Source: Candidatus Thorarchaeota archaeon
Lineage (GTDB): Archaea; Asgardarchaeota; Thorarchaeia; Thorarchaeales; Thorarchaeaceae
Reading direction: 5' to 3'
Assembly (NCBI GenBank): GCA_019057475.1
Contig: DXJO01000027.1
Span: 36,174-100,173 of the forward strand
DNA: 64,000 nucleotides
Made by a program: the position numbers and the translations under genes. The notes under the pieces were generated by a model, which worked only from the letters and a program-made list of their open reading frames with translations, had not been told where the DNA came from and did not search any database. How positions within the stretch are numbered: the stretch's first letter is position 1; the number at the start of each line of letters is the position of its first letter. Positions 60,021-64,000 of the stretch are shown in pieces.

Positions 60021-60042
60021 TCCGTTATCGGCAAATAACGGA
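60021..60042 (+). terminator. Hairpin after the DinB gene
   Basis: TCCGTTAT-cggcaa-ATAACGGA perfect 8-bp inverted repeat, 7 nt after the stop. Confidence 0.4.
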
Positions 60043-60395
60043 AAGGGTATCATTCAGCCAACTCATTGATGTGAATCCTCAGTCATTATGTGATATATGA
60101 GTTCGGGATTTCTAGTCGCACGTTATCGAATGACGGCTATCGCTTTTTTCTTCAACTCGTTTGCGTTGTTCCGTTGAAGCCTCACCAAACAGCTCACAAA
60201 ATCGGCACGTTCCCCGGTAAAACGACCAGATATGACCAAGATTAGCTTAAATCATTCCATAATAAGCCATTACATGTTTATCCAGTCAGTGGTATTCGGA
60301 AACGCTCCATCTGAAAACGACGAGTGAATGACACTGCGACGAGTGCGGGGTCTCCAAACTGGATGGTGCGATTGCCTTCCAAAAGGTGTGTATAG

Positions 60396-63300
60396 ATGAG
60401 AATCAATAGAAGGTCTGTGGGTCTTGTATTCCTGATGACAATGCTACTTGCATCGGGACTTCTTTCACAAGTTGGGATAACACCGCTCAATTCGAGTACC
60501 GAAGGAGCGATGCCGCACGTAATAGATGACATGCTGAGCCCTGGGCCATCAAACCCTGAAACCATGTATGTCACCTCCGATCTCCCACTATCGACAACCG
60601 GTACTGGATTCCTGTTGCCTGTGATCGAATACGCCAATGGGACCTTCGTCGGACGCAGCGCAAGAGCAAACGAGTCCAGCACCTTCTACTCCCAAAGATT
60701 CGATATTCCAGAGGGATGGTACACAACTCAGATTACAGCGATAAGCTCGGAGATGTACCACCTCAGAGATTGGATACAGAATGGAGATTTCTCAAGCATT
60801 ACTGGATGGTTACAAGATGAGTATGACATCCCTAGCGTCGTAACGGAGAATTATGACGCCATCAATGACTGGATTACGATTGTTCGCGCCTCTGGTGGAA
60901 AAGTGCAATACGATTATTGGGGTTCATGGAACCAAACAGTACAAGTCATCGAGGGTGGAGCTGTTTCTGCAACGCTGAATGTCACGTACAAGATTGACAC
61001 CACCACCGGAACCAACGGACAGAATGCACAACCGTATCTCTATGTCAATGGCTCCATGTATGAACTGCCATCCGGAGGAGCAAGATTTGGCGATAATCTT
61101 GATTGGACGACCTACTCCGTTGAGCTGCCACTCTCTGAACTCACGTTTCCAGGAAACCTGGAGGTGGCACTAGGCATACAAGGCTGGGCGGGAACTCAAT
61201 TCCAGACCCAAGGCACTCTCACTTGCGACAACGTCACATTGACCCTTCAGACCTCAAGACTCATCGAGGTAGTTGACCTGACAACACGCGACACAGATAA
61301 CCCCTCAAACACGGTGCAGTTCACAACGGGAGCAGGTGGAAAAGGCTACGCCACCCTCTCAGGCAACTGGACAAATCATGTAGAGTTAGAGTTTCTAGCC
61401 AATGAAACAGGAACGGAGTTTACTCTGGACCTCTATATGCATTTGATGCGAAACAACAATCTTGATACCAATACATACACTGTCGCGAACGGCACTGATG
61501 CAACTTGGGATTCCGCGTTTACCGCGCGGGAGATGGCCTACCCATTTACATTCCACTACTTCAATGTGTCAATTCCTCATGATTGGACTCTCAACTTGGT
61601 GCATGATGCATACAACGATCTCCAGCTGTCTGGCACAACCTACTACAATGCCACATACTACGGGGCCGAATCAATACTCGTGTGTGATGTCTACGGTACT
61701 GGAGTCAGCGGAACGCCCCACTACGGCACCTGGACCTTATCGTCGACCGCCCCCAACTATGGCAAGGCCCTCTCGTCATGGGGTATGCCGGGCGGATTCT
61801 GGACTGAAACTGCCAACTTCTATCCGAACTCAGCTCTGCGGATCAATGTCACTTTCAGCGACGGAATAGGAACCCCTCCGGCCTCTCCGGGTTCTGGATT
61901 GCTGACGCTCTACGATGCAGAAACGCAGCTTGTCTACACCGAGTCTGGAGGCGCTCTGGACGGTTTCGGTCTACACACCTACCAGAATGGAACAGGCACA
62001 TCAAACATCACAGTTCAACCCACATGGCTTGCTGGCCCAATTACAGCCATCGCGTCATGGAGCAATGGGACGTCGGTGGGAGAAACTAGGAACCAGCTAT
62101 TCATCTATCATAGAACTGAGCTGGAGATAGAAGCCGCCCTCTATTCAGTATTTCGAGGTGATACAGTTTCCGTAAGAGTCAAGTATGTTGATTCTGAAAC
62201 GGGACTCGGCATACCTGCAGCCTTGCTCTACTTCAATTGGACATATGGTTCTGGCACCATGGGGTACGCTGGTAACGGATGGTACGCCGGATATGTTGAC
62301 ACCTCAATGGCCACAATAGGGGCCTATCCAGTCGAAGTGAACGCATCCAAGGAGTACAATGATTTTGCACTAGTAACTGGCATTACAATCGAGATACAAG
62401 AGAGAACCACGCTTTTCTCACCCAGAAATCTGCGGACCCCGACCACGGACTACGAGATCCCATGGGGCAACTCGAAGATTATCTACTTGGCATACGAAGA
62501 TACCATAGCAATGAATCCAACAGCCCTAGGTGCCGACCCAGGCAGTCCCGGGAGTCCAGATGTAACGGACACGTACACTTCCAACAATGTCTACGCTACA
62601 GTGACCAGTGTGGGCAATGAAGTCTCTCTTACTGTTGAAACCAATGTCACTTCCTACGATTTCCTGGTCGCCGACCTCACTTCGTTATCCTATAAGATTG
62701 AAGGCAAATTCAGCGCCGCAGTTGACTCGGGAACTGTCTATGCGTACAACTTCAGTAGTAGCTCCTGGGTGATGATTATCGATTCATACAAACCAATAGT
62801 CGACACCACTCTCTCATGGAAGACCTCCAGACCGGCGGACTTCATCTCTGTAGATGGCATTACTAGGGCGCAGGTCAATGCAACCCATTCTACCTCCTTC
62901 AGCTACAACCTCGACCTCTTCGATTTTGTGGCCAACCGCCCTATCGATGACACTGAACCAGGTGCTTCAATCATATCAGATTGGCCAGCACAGTCTGTCG
63001 TTGGCACTCAAGTAGGACCCGTCTTCAACACATCTCTGAACATTTGGCAGGTCACACTGAATACAAGGGATGTTGTGCCAAGTGAATACACAGTACTAGT
63101 TGAGGCCTCAGCGACCGGTCATCAGAGCAAGTCCTTGGAGTTGACAATTACCGTAAAGGCCCATCAAACACGGGTGTCAGTATCTCCGCCTTCGGCAACT
63201 CCTTGGAGCTGGAAGACGTGGATCAGTGTTTCAACCGTGAACACCGACAACTCATCAATAGTACTCTCGGAAAACAACATCTCATTGATTCAAGTGGAAT

Positions 63301-64000
63301 CCGCGTTTGGCATTCAGGTCTTCACCTCATCGAATTGGACATACAGCGATTCAAGTGGATATGCCAAAGTTGCACTCTATCTTGACACAAGTGCTTGGGA
63401 CATCGGTTCTCACTCCGTGACAGTCACAGTGACCACATCAGGCACAGGTCTATCCAAGTTCTTTGATGATGGGACCACAGAGTTTGAGATGACCATCAGG
63501 GCACATGATATGGGAGTATCAGTGGACCCACTTACTGAAACACCTTGGACTTGGAAGACCAACGTAAGTGTCAGGTTGACCGACCTTGACAACTCCACAC
63601 TCGCAGTAGGTCCTGATAATGTAACACAGATAGTCGTCGCTGGACAGACTTTCGCATCGTCCGACTGGACATACTCGAATGGTATATTGGTTCTTTGTGG
63701 ACACCAGCGACTGGTCAGTTTCCTCCAACTCGTACGATGTTCTTGTCACGACTTCAGGTTCACCTCAGCATTACAATGATGGCGCAGGTACAGTGATTAT
63801 AACGATAAGGTCGCACATTCTCATCGTTTCGGTATCTCCGCCAGCGGCAACACCCTGGAGTTGGAAGACTGATGTGACCGTTACTTTGGTCGACCTTGAC
63901 AACTCCACACTCACAGTGAGCCAGGACAATGTTACGCAGATAGTTATTGCTGGACAGACATTCACTGCCAGCAGCTGGACGTATTCCGCTGGATCCTTCA
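60396..64000 (+). CDS. Giant secreted/surface protein with Ig-like repeats; frameshift near 63684, continues past the window end
   Basis: Signal peptide; rich in Thr, Ser, Trp and NxS/T. The repeat xH..VSV.P...TPW.WKT recurs in a shifted frame that stays open to base 64000. Confidence 0.8.

Overview
Gene-dense archaeal chromosome segment, inferred from gene content to be Asgard (most like Thorarchaeia). The supporting genes are ZPR1, DUF2070, an intron-containing tRNA-Ala, WD40 and longin-like proteins, and giant sequon-rich surface proteins. Metabolic genes: the end of a NuoF/NuoG-like (Bfu-type) plus NfnAB redox operon, porDAB, ubiX, nadE, a PadR-linked heterodimeric ABC exporter, three thiolase-family genes with DUF35 partners, an acyl-CoA dehydrogenase and a homocitrate/IPM-synthase-like gene. 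No integrase, transposase, CRISPR array or rRNA was seen. Four signals stand out. (1) Two unannotated ~90-nt intergenic elements 43 kb apart (5875-5962, 48935-49024). Their terminal stems are unrelated in sequence, but they share TATA spacing and two 13-nt loop motifs, one antisense to a Shine-Dalgarno plus start codon, suggesting a small-RNA family. (2) A three-gene locus encoding an apparently inactive SAMHD1-like HD protein and two paralogues with eight C3H zinc modules, ending in adaptin/coatomer-appendage-like domains. (3) A duplicated ~103-bp element encoding the same 16-aa peptide with only synonymous changes. (4) WD40-PCI-like and longin-like eukaryote-signature candidates. Two genes carry frameshifts that may be assembly errors. 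All family calls are from motif recognition by eye; no searches were run.
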